The position numbers were made by a program, and so were the translations under genes. From Deltaproteobacteria bacterium (GTDB lineage: Bacteria > Myxococcota > Kuafuiibacteriia > Kuafuiibacteriales > Kuafuiibacteriaceae), in the NCBI GenBank assembly GCA_040218735.1, contig JAVJQW010000011.1, positions 1-64,000 of the forward strand: a stretch of 64,000 nucleotides of DNA, read 5' to 3'. The notes beneath the pieces were generated by a model. That model was not told the origin of the DNA, did not search any database, and saw only the letters and a program-made list of their open reading frames with translations. Positions 28,717 through 38,289 of the stretch are shown piece by piece (positions within the stretch are counted from its first letter, which is position 1; each line of letters opens with the position of its first letter).

Positions 28717-29844
28717 TCATTGTAACGCCAACACGGCGGCCGCCGTCACGACGAGATTCACCAGCGACAGGGGCAGCAGGCGCCGCCACCCCAGCACCAT
28801 CACCTGGTCGTAGCGGAACCGCGGCAGCGTCCAGCGGAGCATCAGCTGGAACCAGCAGAAGAACAGGAGCTTGAACACAAACGCGCCGAACCGCAGGACC
28901 GTCGCCGCGATGTCGCCGATCTGCCACACCGCCCCCCACGGGAGCACGAAGCCCGCCTCGGTGAGCGCCGCGTGGGCGTTGGCGTCCATCAGGAACGGCA
29001 CCTGCCAGCCACCGAAGAACAGCGTGGTCGTCAGCCCGGCGATCACGATGACCTCGATGTACTCCGCCATGAAGAACATCCCGAACTTCATCCCCGAGTA
29101 CTCGACGAAGTAACCGACGATCTCCGACTCACCCTCCGCGAGGTCGAACGGCACACGTTTGTTCTCCGCGATCGCCGCCGTCAGGAAGATGATGAACGAC
29201 AGCGGCTGCACGAAGATGCCCCACGCGGGCAGCCACCCGCCGAAGTGGTGGCCCTGCTCGACCACCATCGCGTTCGGCTCGAGCGTCCCGTAGATGAGCA
29301 CGAGCCCCATCACCGACAGGCCCATCGTGACCTCGTAGGAGATCATCTGCGCCGACGCGCGCAGCCCACCGAGCATCGCGAGCTTCGACGCCGACGCGTA
29401 CCCCGCGAGCGTCACGCCGAACACCGCGAGGGAGCTCACCGCGAAGATGTAGACGATGCCGGCGTCGACGCGCGCGACCTGCATCCCGTAGCGCTCGCCG
29501 TCGATGACGACGTCCGGTCCGAACGGGATCACCGCGAAGGTGACCAGCGCGGGGAGCAACGCCACGAAGGGCGCGATGTTGTAGAGGAACCGATCCGCGC
29601 GCGCGTTGATCGTGTCCTCTTTCGTGATCATCTTGATCGCGTCGGCCAGCGGGTGGAGCAGACCGAACGCGGTGTAGTTGCGACCGAAGAGCGCGAGCCC
29701 CGCGCGGTTCGGGCCGACGCGGTCCTGGATCATCGCGGACTGCCGCCGCTCCGCCCAGGTCAGCGGGCCGGCGAGGCCCACACACAACAAGAGCATCACG
29801 CCGATGCAGAGCAGCTGCCAGAGGTACGGAAAGTAGGCGCCCAT
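28717..29844 (-). CDS. nuoH: NADH-quinone oxidoreductase subunit H
   Basis: [30 protein letters not shown] and [11 protein letters not shown] motifs. Confidence 0.95.
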   Translation of the reverse strand: MGAYFPYLWQLLCIGVMLLLCVGLAGPLTWAERRQSAMIQDRVGPNRAGLALFGRNYTAFGLLHPLADAIKMITKEDTINARADRFLYNIAPFVALLPALVTFAVIPFGPDVVIDGERYGMQVARVDAGIVYIFAVSSLAVFGVTLAGYASASKLAMLGGLRASAQMISYEVTMGLSVMGLVLIYGTLEPNAMVVEQGHHFGGWLPAWGIFVQPLSFIIFLTAAIAENKRVPFDLAEGESEIVGYFVEYSGMKFGMFFMAEYIEVIVIAGLTTTLFFGGWQVPFLMDANAHAALTEAGFVLPWGAVWQIGDIAATVLRFGAFVFKLLFFCWFQLMLRWTLPRFRYDQVMVLGWRRLLPLSLVNLVVTAAAVLALQ

Positions 29845-29848
29845 CACT

Positions 29849-31477
29849 TCAGCTCGCCTTCGCGACTTCCGGGGTCGGCACCGGCGCGTCCTCCTCGGAC
29901 TCCAGCGCCACGCCCCACGGCCCCAGCTCGAGCGGACGCACATCCGCCAGCAGGTTGGTGTGTTTCTTCAGCTCGTTGAACGCGGTGACCCAGTTCTTGA
30001 TGCGCCACTGCGCCTGGCCGCCCACCGCGGTCGCCGTGAACGTCGCCGCGTCGATCGCCGAGCGCCGCCCTTCGATCGGTTTGATCGCCCGGTTCACGCG
30101 CTGCATCCGGCCGTCGTGGTTCACGAACGTGCCGTCCTGCTCCGCGAACGACGCGAGCGGGAGCACCAGGTCCGCGGCGCGCGAGCTCGCGTCCAAGTTG
30201 GAGGTCCACGCGACCACCGTGATCTTCTCGAGCGCCGCGAGCCACGCTTCGTTCGGCTCCGGGTAGTCGCTGCCGACCATCAGCAGCGTCTTCACCGCGC
30301 CCTTGTCGATCCCCCGGCGGAGGAGCTGCGGCCCCTCGTCGAAGATCGAGTAGCCCTCGAGCACCAGCTCGGCGCCCGCGCGGTTCGGGTTCTGGTCGGC
30401 GACGCGCAGCAGCTTGTCCGCCTCCCAGTCCTCGCGCCCGAGGATCGCGTACGTGTCGACCTGGAGGACCTGCTCCGCGAGCTCCACGAACGCCGTCACG
30501 CCCTCCGTGGTGAGCTGCGCCGACAGCGACATGCCGAGCGTGCCGTCCGTCTCCCCGACGTACCCGCCGAGCAGCTCCGCGAGCTTCGTCTGCGCCTGCT
30601 CCCAGGTGATCGGGACGAGCTTGCCCTCCGCGTCCTTGGCGAGGGGGACGGTCACCTGCGTGTCCTTGTCGTGGATGCGTTTGTAGCTCAGGCGGCCGGC
30701 GTCGCAGAGCCAGCCCTGGTTCACGTGTTCGTTGTCGCGCGAGCGGTAGCGCTGCACGGCGTCGTTGTAGTGGTCGACGATGATCGAGCAGCCCCGCGCG
30801 CAGCCCGCGCACACGCTGTCCGCCGACTTGAGGAACCAGGAGCGCACCTTGAACCGGAAGTCGCGGCTCGTGAGCGCGCCGACCGGGCAGATCTCCACGG
30901 TGTTCATGCTGTAGGGGTCGTCGAGCGGCTGCCCCGGGAACGCGCCGATGACCGCCCGGTCGCCGCGGTCGAACTGACCGAGCTGCGGGTTTTGGGCGAC
31001 CTCCTCCATGAACCGGACGCAGCGCGTACAGTTGATGCAGCGCTCCTCGTCGAGGACGACCTGCGGGCCGAGGTTCACGGCCTTCTTCTTCACGACCTTG
31101 GTCATCCCGAAGCGGGTGCCGGTGCGATCGTGCGCCATGTAGTAGTTCTGGAGCTTGCACTCGCCCGCCTGGTCGCAGATCGGGCAGTCGATCGGGTGGT
31201 TGACGAGGAGGAACTCCATGACGGCCTCGCGGGCCTCCAGGACCTTCTCGGAGGCCGTCTGGACCACCATCCCGTCGCGCACCACGACCTCGCAGGCGGG
31301 GAGCAGCTTCGGCGCCTTTTCGACCTCCACGAGGCACATGCGGCAGTTCGCCGCGACGGAGAGCCGCGGGTGCCAGCAGTAGTACGGGACGTCGATCCCC
31401 GCGCCGAGGGCCGCGCGGATGATGGTCGTGCCGTTTTCGACCTCGAGCTCCGTGCCGTCGATCGTGACCTTGGGCAT
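29849..31477 (-). CDS. nuoG: NADH-quinone oxidoreductase subunit G (short form)
   Basis: CWHPRLSVAANCRMC, HPIDCPICDQAGEC, CINCTRC and CAGCARGC motifs. Confidence 0.9.
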   Translation of the reverse strand: MPKVTIDGTELEVENGTTIIRAALGAGIDVPYYCWHPRLSVAANCRMCLVEVEKAPKLLPACEVVVRDGMVVQTASEKVLEAREAVMEFLLVNHPIDCPICDQAGECKLQNYYMAHDRTGTRFGMTKVVKKKAVNLGPQVVLDEERCINCTRCVRFMEEVAQNPQLGQFDRGDRAVIGAFPGQPLDDPYSMNTVEICPVGALTSRDFRFKVRSWFLKSADSVCAGCARGCSIIVDHYNDAVQRYRSRDNEHVNQGWLCDAGRLSYKRIHDKDTQVTVPLAKDAEGKLVPITWEQAQTKLAELLGGYVGETDGTLGMSLSAQLTTEGVTAFVELAEQVLQVDTYAILGREDWEADKLLRVADQNPNRAGAELVLEGYSIFDEGPQLLRRGIDKGAVKTLLMVGSDYPEPNEAWLAALEKITVVAWTSNLDASSRAADLVLPLASFAEQDGTFVNHDGRMQRVNRAIKPIEGRRSAIDAATFTATAVGGQAQWRIKNWVTAFNELKKHTNLLADVRPLELGPWGVALESEEDAPVPTPEVAKAS

Positions 31478-31581
31478 CGCGCGCACCCTGGCCTCAAATC
31501 CTACCCGTCGCAAGGGGTTATGGCGGCCCCCGCACGATTGGGGCGCCCATGCGGGCGGATCGGGTGTAAATAGGGCCCGTC

Positions 31582-33804
31582 ATGACACGATTCGCCCTGG
31601 CGCGCGCCGGCGCCCTCTCGTTCCTCCTCATCGGATCCGCGTGCAGCGGCGGCAGCGACGACGACGGCGGCGACGACAACGTTCAGCAGACCGCTCCGGT
31701 CATCAACGCGTTCACCGTCAGCAGTGACTTCGTGCAGGCGAACGACGCGGTCATCGTGAGCTGGGACGTGTCGCGCGCGACCGAAGTGTCCATCAGCCAG
31801 AACGACGGACGCGACCTCGCACCCGTGACGTCGATGACGGTCGTCGGCTCCCAGAGCTTCGTCATCGTGCGCGACACGGAGTTCGTCATCGTCGCCACCA
31901 ACGCCATGGGTGAGACGGCGATGGCCACCGCCACCGTGGACGTCGACGGCATCCGGATCGACGCCTTCACGGCCTCCGCCACCAGCGTGAACCGCCTCGA
32001 CCGCGTCGACCTCAGCTGGATGATCGGCGGCGAGGACCCGAGCTCCGTCAGCATCGACGACGATCAGGGCAACAACGTGTACCAGGGCACGATGGCGCAG
32101 GGCTCCCTGGAGGTTCGTCCGGCCGCGACCGTCACCTACACGCTGACCGCCGAGGGCTCCACCGGGACGGAGACCGCCGAGGTCACCATCACCGTCGCGT
32201 CCAACCGCCCGACGATCGTGCGCTTCGTGGTCGAGCCCGACAACGTCGTGCAGATCAACGTCGAGGAAGCGAACCTGGTCTGGGAGACCACGGCCGACGA
32301 GGTGCAGGTTCTGCAGGACGGCGTCGCGGTGCGCCCGTGGAACTCGTTCGGCGCGTCGGCGGGCAACCTGCAGCGCCCGGTGACGACCGAGATGACGGTC
32401 TTCACGCTCCAGGCGCGCAACACGGCGGACCCGGAGGACATCGTCGAGGAGTCGGTCACCGTTACGGGCCTCGCGACGCCGACGATCGTGTCGTTCACCG
32501 TGACGCCGCTCGAGTACACCGAGAGCAGCACGATGGCGACGATCAGCTGGGAGGTCGAGACGACCGACACCGTCGAGATCCGGCTGAACAACACGGTGCT
32601 CCCCGGCTTCCCGAGCACGGACGCCACCGGCAGCGTCACGGTCCCGATCACCGGCGAGCCGCGCGTGCGGCTGCTCGCGACGAACCCGGTGACGACCGTC
32701 GAGCAGACGCAGCAGATCGTCTTCGGCTTCGACGAGCGCGAGCCGAACGACAGCGCGATCGACGCGATCCCGATCGAAGGCAACGGCATGGCGCTGCGCG
32801 GGACGATCTCCGATCCGACCGACGTCGACTGGTACGTGGTCGACGTCCCGCAGGACGTCCAGCTGAACGCGCGCGTCGGCATCGTGCAGGTGATGGGCAT
32901 CGACGTGTGCAGCTTCGACACGTTCGTGCGCGTCTACACCTCGACGCTCGCGGAGATCGGCAGCAACGACAACGGGCCGACGTCGATCTCGCCGTGCTCC
33001 GAGATCAGCCCGATCGCCAACGCGTTCGCGGAGCAGATGGACGCCGGGACGTACTACATCGCGGTCTCCGGCACCGGGACCACGCCGCAGGGGCAGTACT
33101 CGATCGTCGTGGAGTTCTCGCCGGTCGCGCCGCCTGCGCTCCCGCTGACGAACGTCACCGCGGTCGGCAACCCGACGTGGAGCGTGACCGGGCTGCAGAT
33201 GTGGGAAGGCCCGGTCGGAGCCACGGGTGAGCTCGTGCCCCCGGACTTCGACATGACGTTCGCGGACTACCACGCGTTCGCCGCGTTCGGGCTCATCTCG
33301 ATCCTGTCGCAGCCGCTGTCGCCGCTCCCGCGGAGCAACTACGACAACGTCCTCGCGCTGTTCCTCCACCGCGCGGGGTACACGGCGACCACGACGTTCC
33401 CGACGACTTCGCTGCTGAACGGGAACGCGATCTACATCGGCATGACGCTGGTCCCGAACGGCACCGCGCCCGTCGGTCCGTCCTTCGACTCGGTGAGCGG
33501 CCCGATCATCCCGAACGCCGCGTTCCCCATCGTCGTGAACATGACGATCCGAAACGGCGCGGCCGACTACCTCCCGGTCGATCCGCTGGACCTCCCGAGC
33601 TACGCCGGCTACGCCGCCGCGGGGCTCCCCCCGGTGCCGAACCCCGGCAACGGCGACGGCCACCGCCACCTGATCTCGCTGATCGCGGACTCCATCGCGC
33701 CGACGCCCGGCGGCAACCTGGTGGGGAGCTACACCTGGAACTACCAGCTCCGCGACGCGACCAACGCCGGCTACGACATCGTCGTGCCTTTCACAGTCCA
33801 GTAG
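31582..33804 (+). CDS. Lipoprotein with Ig-like repeats and a PPC-type domain
   Basis: Lipobox GSAC. Repeated P.I..F....W units. EREPND, DVDWY, SNDNG and AGTYYIAV motifs. Confidence 0.8.
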   Translation: MTRFALARAGALSFLLIGSACSGGSDDDGGDDNVQQTAPVINAFTVSSDFVQANDAVIVSWDVSRATEVSISQNDGRDLAPVTSMTVVGSQSFVIVRDTEFVIVATNAMGETAMATATVDVDGIRIDAFTASATSVNRLDRVDLSWMIGGEDPSSVSIDDDQGNNVYQGTMAQGSLEVRPAATVTYTLTAEGSTGTETAEVTITVASNRPTIVRFVVEPDNVVQINVEEANLVWETTADEVQVLQDGVAVRPWNSFGASAGNLQRPVTTEMTVFTLQARNTADPEDIVEESVTVTGLATPTIVSFTVTPLEYTESSTMATISWEVETTDTVEIRLNNTVLPGFPSTDATGSVTVPITGEPRVRLLATNPVTTVEQTQQIVFGFDEREPNDSAIDAIPIEGNGMALRGTISDPTDVDWYVVDVPQDVQLNARVGIVQVMGIDVCSFDTFVRVYTSTLAEIGSNDNGPTSISPCSEISPIANAFAEQMDAGTYYIAVSGTGTTPQGQYSIVVEFSPVAPPALPLTNVTAVGNPTWSVTGLQMWEGPVGATGELVPPDFDMTFADYHAFAAFGLISILSQPLSPLPRSNYDNVLALFLHRAGYTATTTFPTTSLLNGNAIYIGMTLVPNGTAPVGPSFDSVSGPIIPNAAFPIVVNMTIRNGAADYLPVDPLDLPSYAGYAAAGLPPVPNPGNGDGHRHLISLIADSIAPTPGGNLVGSYTWNYQLRDATNAGYDIVVPFTVQ

Positions 33805-33908
33805 GCCATTCCGAGTCCGGGTCCTCGAGAACCGACGGATCCGGACGCCAGCTCATTACTTCGTCCGTGAAAGCGACAAGTGTCGGCGAGTCGTTGGAAC
33901 CTCGCTGC

Positions 33909-34814
33909 ATGACGTCGATGTCGCCGTTCGAGCTCCTCAACTTTGGCGCCATTACGCCGAGGTGGGGACCGCAGCCCTTCATCGCGGCGCAGTCCGAACC
34001 GGTTCCTCCGGATCTCGAAGCGCTGTTCGGGACCGACGGCTTCCAAAGCGAGGCGTTTGCCCGACTCTTCACGGATCCCTGGCTGGCCTCAGCGGCCCTG
34101 AACCTCAATCTGGACCTCCCCGGGTTACTCGTCGCGCTGGTGCTGCACGAGCTCAATCGGCGGGACCCGCGGCCGAGCCGTGATGTCGGGACGTTGCCTC
34201 GCCACCACGGTCGCCCGCAGCGCGCAGCGCCTTGGACTCACCTCGCGGGCTCGAACGGAGGCGGTGCATCGAATGGGTCCGCAACCCAGCCCGCCGGCCC
34301 GGCCCCGTCTGCAAGTGCTCCCGCTGCGCCCGTCACGGCCAACGTCGCGACCGACCGGGCCCAGGTGCAAACGGCGCTCGACTTCGCCCTGAGCCACCAA
34401 GGTGCGCCCTACGTCGGCGGCGGCAGCCCCTTCCGTTTCGGCCAGCCGGGCGACGGCGGCACGTACCAAATGGCCGGGCAGAACGCCTATGTGTCACCGC
34501 GAGGCGTCGTTGGATTCGACTGCTCCGGTTTCGTCGTCGCCATGTACCGCCAGGCGGGCATCGACCTCGCCGCGCAGGGCATCGCCAACACCCGCAGCAT
34601 GCACGCCAACCTCCCCGCGGTCGGCCGAGGGGACCTGCAGCCCGGCGACCTCTTGGTGAAGCCGGGTTCGCATGTCGTGGTGTTCTTGGGCGACGTCACC
34701 GGCGACGGTCGACCCGATGTCATCGAATCCAAACCCGGCGGCGTCGCCGTCGGTGATGCGAGCAAGTTCTTGGACAATCCGGCCTACGAAGGCCGGCGCG
34801 TTCCCACGGGATGA
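33909..34814 (+). CDS. NlpC/P60 family peptidoglycan hydrolase with disordered N-terminus
   Basis: PYVGGG, GFDCSGFV, LQPGDL and HVVVF motifs. Start uncertain (33867-33918). Confidence 0.85.
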   Translation: MTSMSPFELLNFGAITPRWGPQPFIAAQSEPVPPDLEALFGTDGFQSEAFARLFTDPWLASAALNLNLDLPGLLVALVLHELNRRDPRPSRDVGTLPRHHGRPQRAAPWTHLAGSNGGGASNGSATQPAGPAPSASAPAAPVTANVATDRAQVQTALDFALSHQGAPYVGGGSPFRFGQPGDGGTYQMAGQNAYVSPRGVVGFDCSGFVVAMYRQAGIDLAAQGIANTRSMHANLPAVGRGDLQPGDLLVKPGSHVVVFLGDVTGDGRPDVIESKPGGVAVGDASKFLDNPAYEGRRVPTG

Positions 34815-34870
34815 AGCGTCGCCGCGAGCGGTGAAGGCCAAGCGCAAAGCGAGGATGCCCAACTGGCGCG

Positions 34871-35968
34871 TTAGCTGGCGCGGAGGGCTTGGTAGCGGAT
34901 GCGGTCGATGTGCTGGCGGGCGGCGAGGTCGGCTTCGAGCGGGGCGGCCCAGGCGGCGGCCTTCGCGGCGGGGCCGGCCGTGAGCTCGAAGAGCTCGGCG
35001 CCGAAGCCGCTGCCGTAGGAGAACGCGACGACGCTCTCGCCGCGCTCGGCGCCCGCGAGGGCGCGCGCGACGGCGAACCACAGGCTGCCCGTGTAGCTGT
35101 TGCCGATCTCGGTGTTCCAGGACATCGCGGGGGCGACCTTCTCGGCGAAGAGGCGCTCCGTCTCGTCGGCGCTCCACCCGAACGTCTCCCCGACGCGGCG
35201 CACCGCCTTCTTCACCATCTTCGGGAACGGCGCGTGGAGGCACGCGGCCGAGAGGGCTTCGATCTTCGCGCGCGCGTCGTCTTCGCCGACCCACGACGAA
35301 AAACACGCCGCCGCCGCGCGCATGTAACACTCCAGGCTGAACTTCCCGTCGACGCGCGGGAACGACTCACCGACCGGACGCCAGAAGTCGAACGCCGGCT
35401 CGGAGAACGCGTGCGCGTCGATGCCGACCGCCGCGACCGCCGGGTCGTGCACGATCATCGCGACCGCCCCTGCGCCCTGCGTCGCCTCGCCCGGATCCTC
35501 GGGCGCGTACAGCGCGACGTCGGCCGCGATCACCAGCGCCGCCTTGTCGCGAGCGGCTCCCGAGGCGCGCCACTCGACGGCCTGCCGCAGCGCGAGCGTG
35601 CCGCCGTAGCAGGCGTGTTTGACCTCGTACGAGCGGACCGAGCCGCGCACGCCGAGGCGGTCCGCGACGAACGCCGACAAGGGTCGGCTCATGTCCAACG
35701 CCGACTCGGTGCCGACCGCGATCAACCCGATATCCTCCGCGCTGCCGCCCCAGCTCTCGAGCGCGCGGCGCGCCGCCGTCTCGGCGAGGTCCACGACGCC
35801 GTACCCCTCGGGGCACAGCGCCATCGTTCGGCAGCCGAGGCCGACCGTGTACTTGTCGGGGTCGACGCCGCGGAGCGCAGCGAGCTCGGTGACGTCCATC
35901 GCGAGCGGAGGAACGGCGAGGCCGAGCGCAGCGATGCCAGTGGATTCGGGGCGGTGGTCTTCACGCAT
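34871..35968 (-). CDS. mvaS: Hydroxymethylglutaryl-CoA synthase family protein
   Basis: GTES, KHACYGGT, EATQGAGAVA, HAPFPKM, GNSYTGS and FSYGSG motifs. Confidence 0.9.
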   Translation of the reverse strand: MREDHRPESTGIAALGLAVPPLAMDVTELAALRGVDPDKYTVGLGCRTMALCPEGYGVVDLAETAARRALESWGGSAEDIGLIAVGTESALDMSRPLSAFVADRLGVRGSVRSYEVKHACYGGTLALRQAVEWRASGAARDKAALVIAADVALYAPEDPGEATQGAGAVAMIVHDPAVAAVGIDAHAFSEPAFDFWRPVGESFPRVDGKFSLECYMRAAAACFSSWVGEDDARAKIEALSAACLHAPFPKMVKKAVRRVGETFGWSADETERLFAEKVAPAMSWNTEIGNSYTGSLWFAVARALAGAERGESVVAFSYGSGFGAELFELTAGPAAKAAAWAAPLEADLAARQHIDRIRYQALRAS

Positions 35969-36142
35969 GGGTAGGATCTCGGGGTCGCGCGCTAACACGA
36001 CCCGCGAGGGTCGTCACGCCCGCGGTCACAACCAACGACCGTCGAGGCTGCTTCCCCAAACGCCTAGGGGCCCGTGCGGGAACAAGGTGGCCGTTCTCCG
36101 CGAGCGCCGCCGAGAACGGTCAGATTATCCCCGCACCGGCCC

Positions 36143-36379
36143 TTAGGTGCTGACGAGGCAATAGCGACCGTCGAGCTGCACCACGCGCCACCGCGCGCCG
36201 CGCCACTCGACGACCTGCTCCGCGCCGACTTCGAGCTCGGTACCCGTGAGCTTCACGCGAACGACCAAACCGTCCTCGACGACCGCGCCGTCGTGCACGT
36301 CGATCGCCGGGACGCCGCGCGGCGCCTCGTCCGCGACCGGTGTCGTGCCTTCCGAGAAACGATTCGTCTTCGGCTTCAC
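36143..36379 (-). CDS. Small beta-rich hypothetical protein, last gene of the AAA operon
   Basis: GTG start overlaps the upstream TGA. Leader MKPKTNRF. Confidence 0.65.
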   Translation of the reverse strand: MKPKTNRFSEGTTPVADEAPRGVPAIDVHDGAVVEDGLVVRVKLTGTELEVGAEQVVEWRGARWRVVQLDGRYCLVST

Positions 36380-38289
36380 AGGCGATCTTCTCCGCGCACG
36401 AACCCGTCGGCCCCCGACGAGAACGACGCGACGTCGAAGTCGAACCCTTCGTCCTTCGGCGTCACCCCGACGATGACGGTTCTGAACCCCGGGAACAAGG
36501 CGACCTCACCGCGCGCACCTTCGAGGTCCCCCTCGGAGAACAGCGGCGACTCGTCCGGGTGCGAGTGCACCTTTGCGCGGATGTCGAGGCCGAACGCCTG
36601 TACCAGCCGGTCGACGTGTTCGACGTCCTCCGGGTGCACCACGCCCATCGAGTGGCCCATGTCCGTCCCGTGCAGCAGGTTCCGCACCGGCAGGAAGCGG
36701 TGCGCCGCGCCGTCGTAGACGAGGTACCCCATCCCCTCGAACGGGAACGCCTCGGCCATCGCCGACTTCATGTCCGCGACCACGCCGGGCTCGAGCCCCA
36801 GCTCGTTCGCCCCCAGGTTGCGCTCCAGCGCCTCCGTCTCGCGCACCGTCTGACGCGCGGCGATCGAAGCCTGCGCGAGCGCGTCGACGTGACCCGCGAG
36901 CTCCTGCGCGACGACCTCGATGCCGTCACGCTGACACTCGGCGACGAGACCATCGACCACGGCGTCGAGCGCACCTTCACCGCGCGCCCACTGCGCGAGC
37001 GCGCCGAGGCGCTCGGACGCCTTGCCCTCTCCGGGCGGGCCATAGCGTTCCAGCAGCGCGACCGTCCCCTGCCGAACCGCCGCCGAACGCGGCCCCGCGT
37101 CGCGGAACATCCGCGCGACGGACGCGAGCTCGGGCCGGCGCCCGATCGCATCACGGAGATCATCACCGATGCGGCGCAAGCCATCTTGCAACAGACGCGC
37201 GTGCAAGTGCTCCGCCTTCGCGCCGATCGGCCCCGGCGCGTCGAGGTCCGCGAACACCCGGCTCCCGTGCCGCGGGTCTGCGAGTGACGCAATCGTCGCC
37301 GCGACGTCCACGTTCGACGTGACCTCGGCGGCGAGCTTCGGGCCGAGGTGTTTCTCGAGCGACTCGAACACCAGACCCAGACGATCTCCAGCCAAGCGTT
37401 GCCGGTTCACCATCGCGACGAACACGTCGTCGTGGGACGGGCCCGCGACCGGATCCGAGAGCCCCTCCGCGATCCGCTGGGCCTGCGCCTGGAGGACCTC
37501 GGAACCCTTGGGATCGATCGTGAGTGCGCGCAGCGAGGCACCGGTCGCAGAACCTCCGCGCCGCGCCTCGATGTCCTCCATCGTCGCGAAACGCTCGTGC
37601 GCGGACTGCATGAAGTTCGCGAAGCCCGCGAGGTCGGAGGCGTCCGCGCCCGCGAGCTCGGTGAGGAACGTCTCCGCGGAGTCGATGCCACACGCCTGCG
37701 CGAGGGCCCCCCACGCAAACGGGGACGCGCGCCCCACGCGATCGATCAGCATCGCGAGATTCGACGTGTCGTCCTCGGCGGTGTGTGAAGCCACGACCGC
37801 CGTCGCGATCGAACGCCCGAGCGCGAGCTGCGCACCACCGCTGGTGTCGACGTTGGGACGCGGCGCCGCCGCCCGCATCAGCGCGGCGAAGCTCGTGGTG
37901 ATGCTCGCGTCGTCGCGCGCGAGGAGCTGCTCCGCGGCCTCTTCGGCCGTCATCAGCGGCGAGTGACCGCACAGGGTGTGAGCGACGTCGAAGAGCGCGT
38001 CCGAGAACGCCTGCCGATTGACCGTGCCGTCCTTGCCAGCCGCCAGGACACTCGCGAGCTTCGCGGACCCACCGCCTTCGGCCATGCGTTGTCCGAGCAC
38101 CGCCTCGAGCGCCCACACAAATTCGGTCTTGGCGTTGCCCGAGAACGCGGCCTTCTCGAACTGCGCCGCGAGCTCCGGTCCGAGGAGGTCCGCCGGTGTG
38201 GTGCGCGGCGCTTCGGGCTCCTCGGTCTTCGCGGTCCGTCGAACCCGGTTGGTGTTGTCCGCCGCGCCGGGTCCGCCCAGCGGTTTCAT
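36376..38289 (-). CDS. Large protein with C-terminal JAB/MPN+ (JAMM) metallopeptidase domain
   Basis: AFPFEGMGYL...VHSHPDESPLFSEGD fits E...HxH-x7-S-xx-D. ATG overlaps the radical SAM stop (ATGA). Confidence 0.85.
   Translation of the reverse strand: MKPLGGPGAADNTNRVRRTAKTEEPEAPRTTPADLLGPELAAQFEKAAFSGNAKTEFVWALEAVLGQRMAEGGGSAKLASVLAAGKDGTVNRQAFSDALFDVAHTLCGHSPLMTAEEAAEQLLARDDASITTSFAALMRAAAPRPNVDTSGGAQLALGRSIATAVVASHTAEDDTSNLAMLIDRVGRASPFAWGALAQACGIDSAETFLTELAGADASDLAGFANFMQSAHERFATMEDIEARRGGSATGASLRALTIDPKGSEVLQAQAQRIAEGLSDPVAGPSHDDVFVAMVNRQRLAGDRLGLVFESLEKHLGPKLAAEVTSNVDVAATIASLADPRHGSRVFADLDAPGPIGAKAEHLHARLLQDGLRRIGDDLRDAIGRRPELASVARMFRDAGPRSAAVRQGTVALLERYGPPGEGKASERLGALAQWARGEGALDAVVDGLVAECQRDGIEVVAQELAGHVDALAQASIAARQTVRETEALERNLGANELGLEPGVVADMKSAMAEAFPFEGMGYLVYDGAAHRFLPVRNLLHGTDMGHSMGVVHPEDVEHVDRLVQAFGLDIRAKVHSHPDESPLFSEGDLEGARGEVALFPGFRTVIVGVTPKDEGFDFDVASFSSGADGFVRGEDRL

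Noticed and set aside
36143-36379. Small gene after JAB as a ubiquitin-like substrate
   Set aside because: No C-terminal GG and no evident beta-grasp helix; it looks all-beta.
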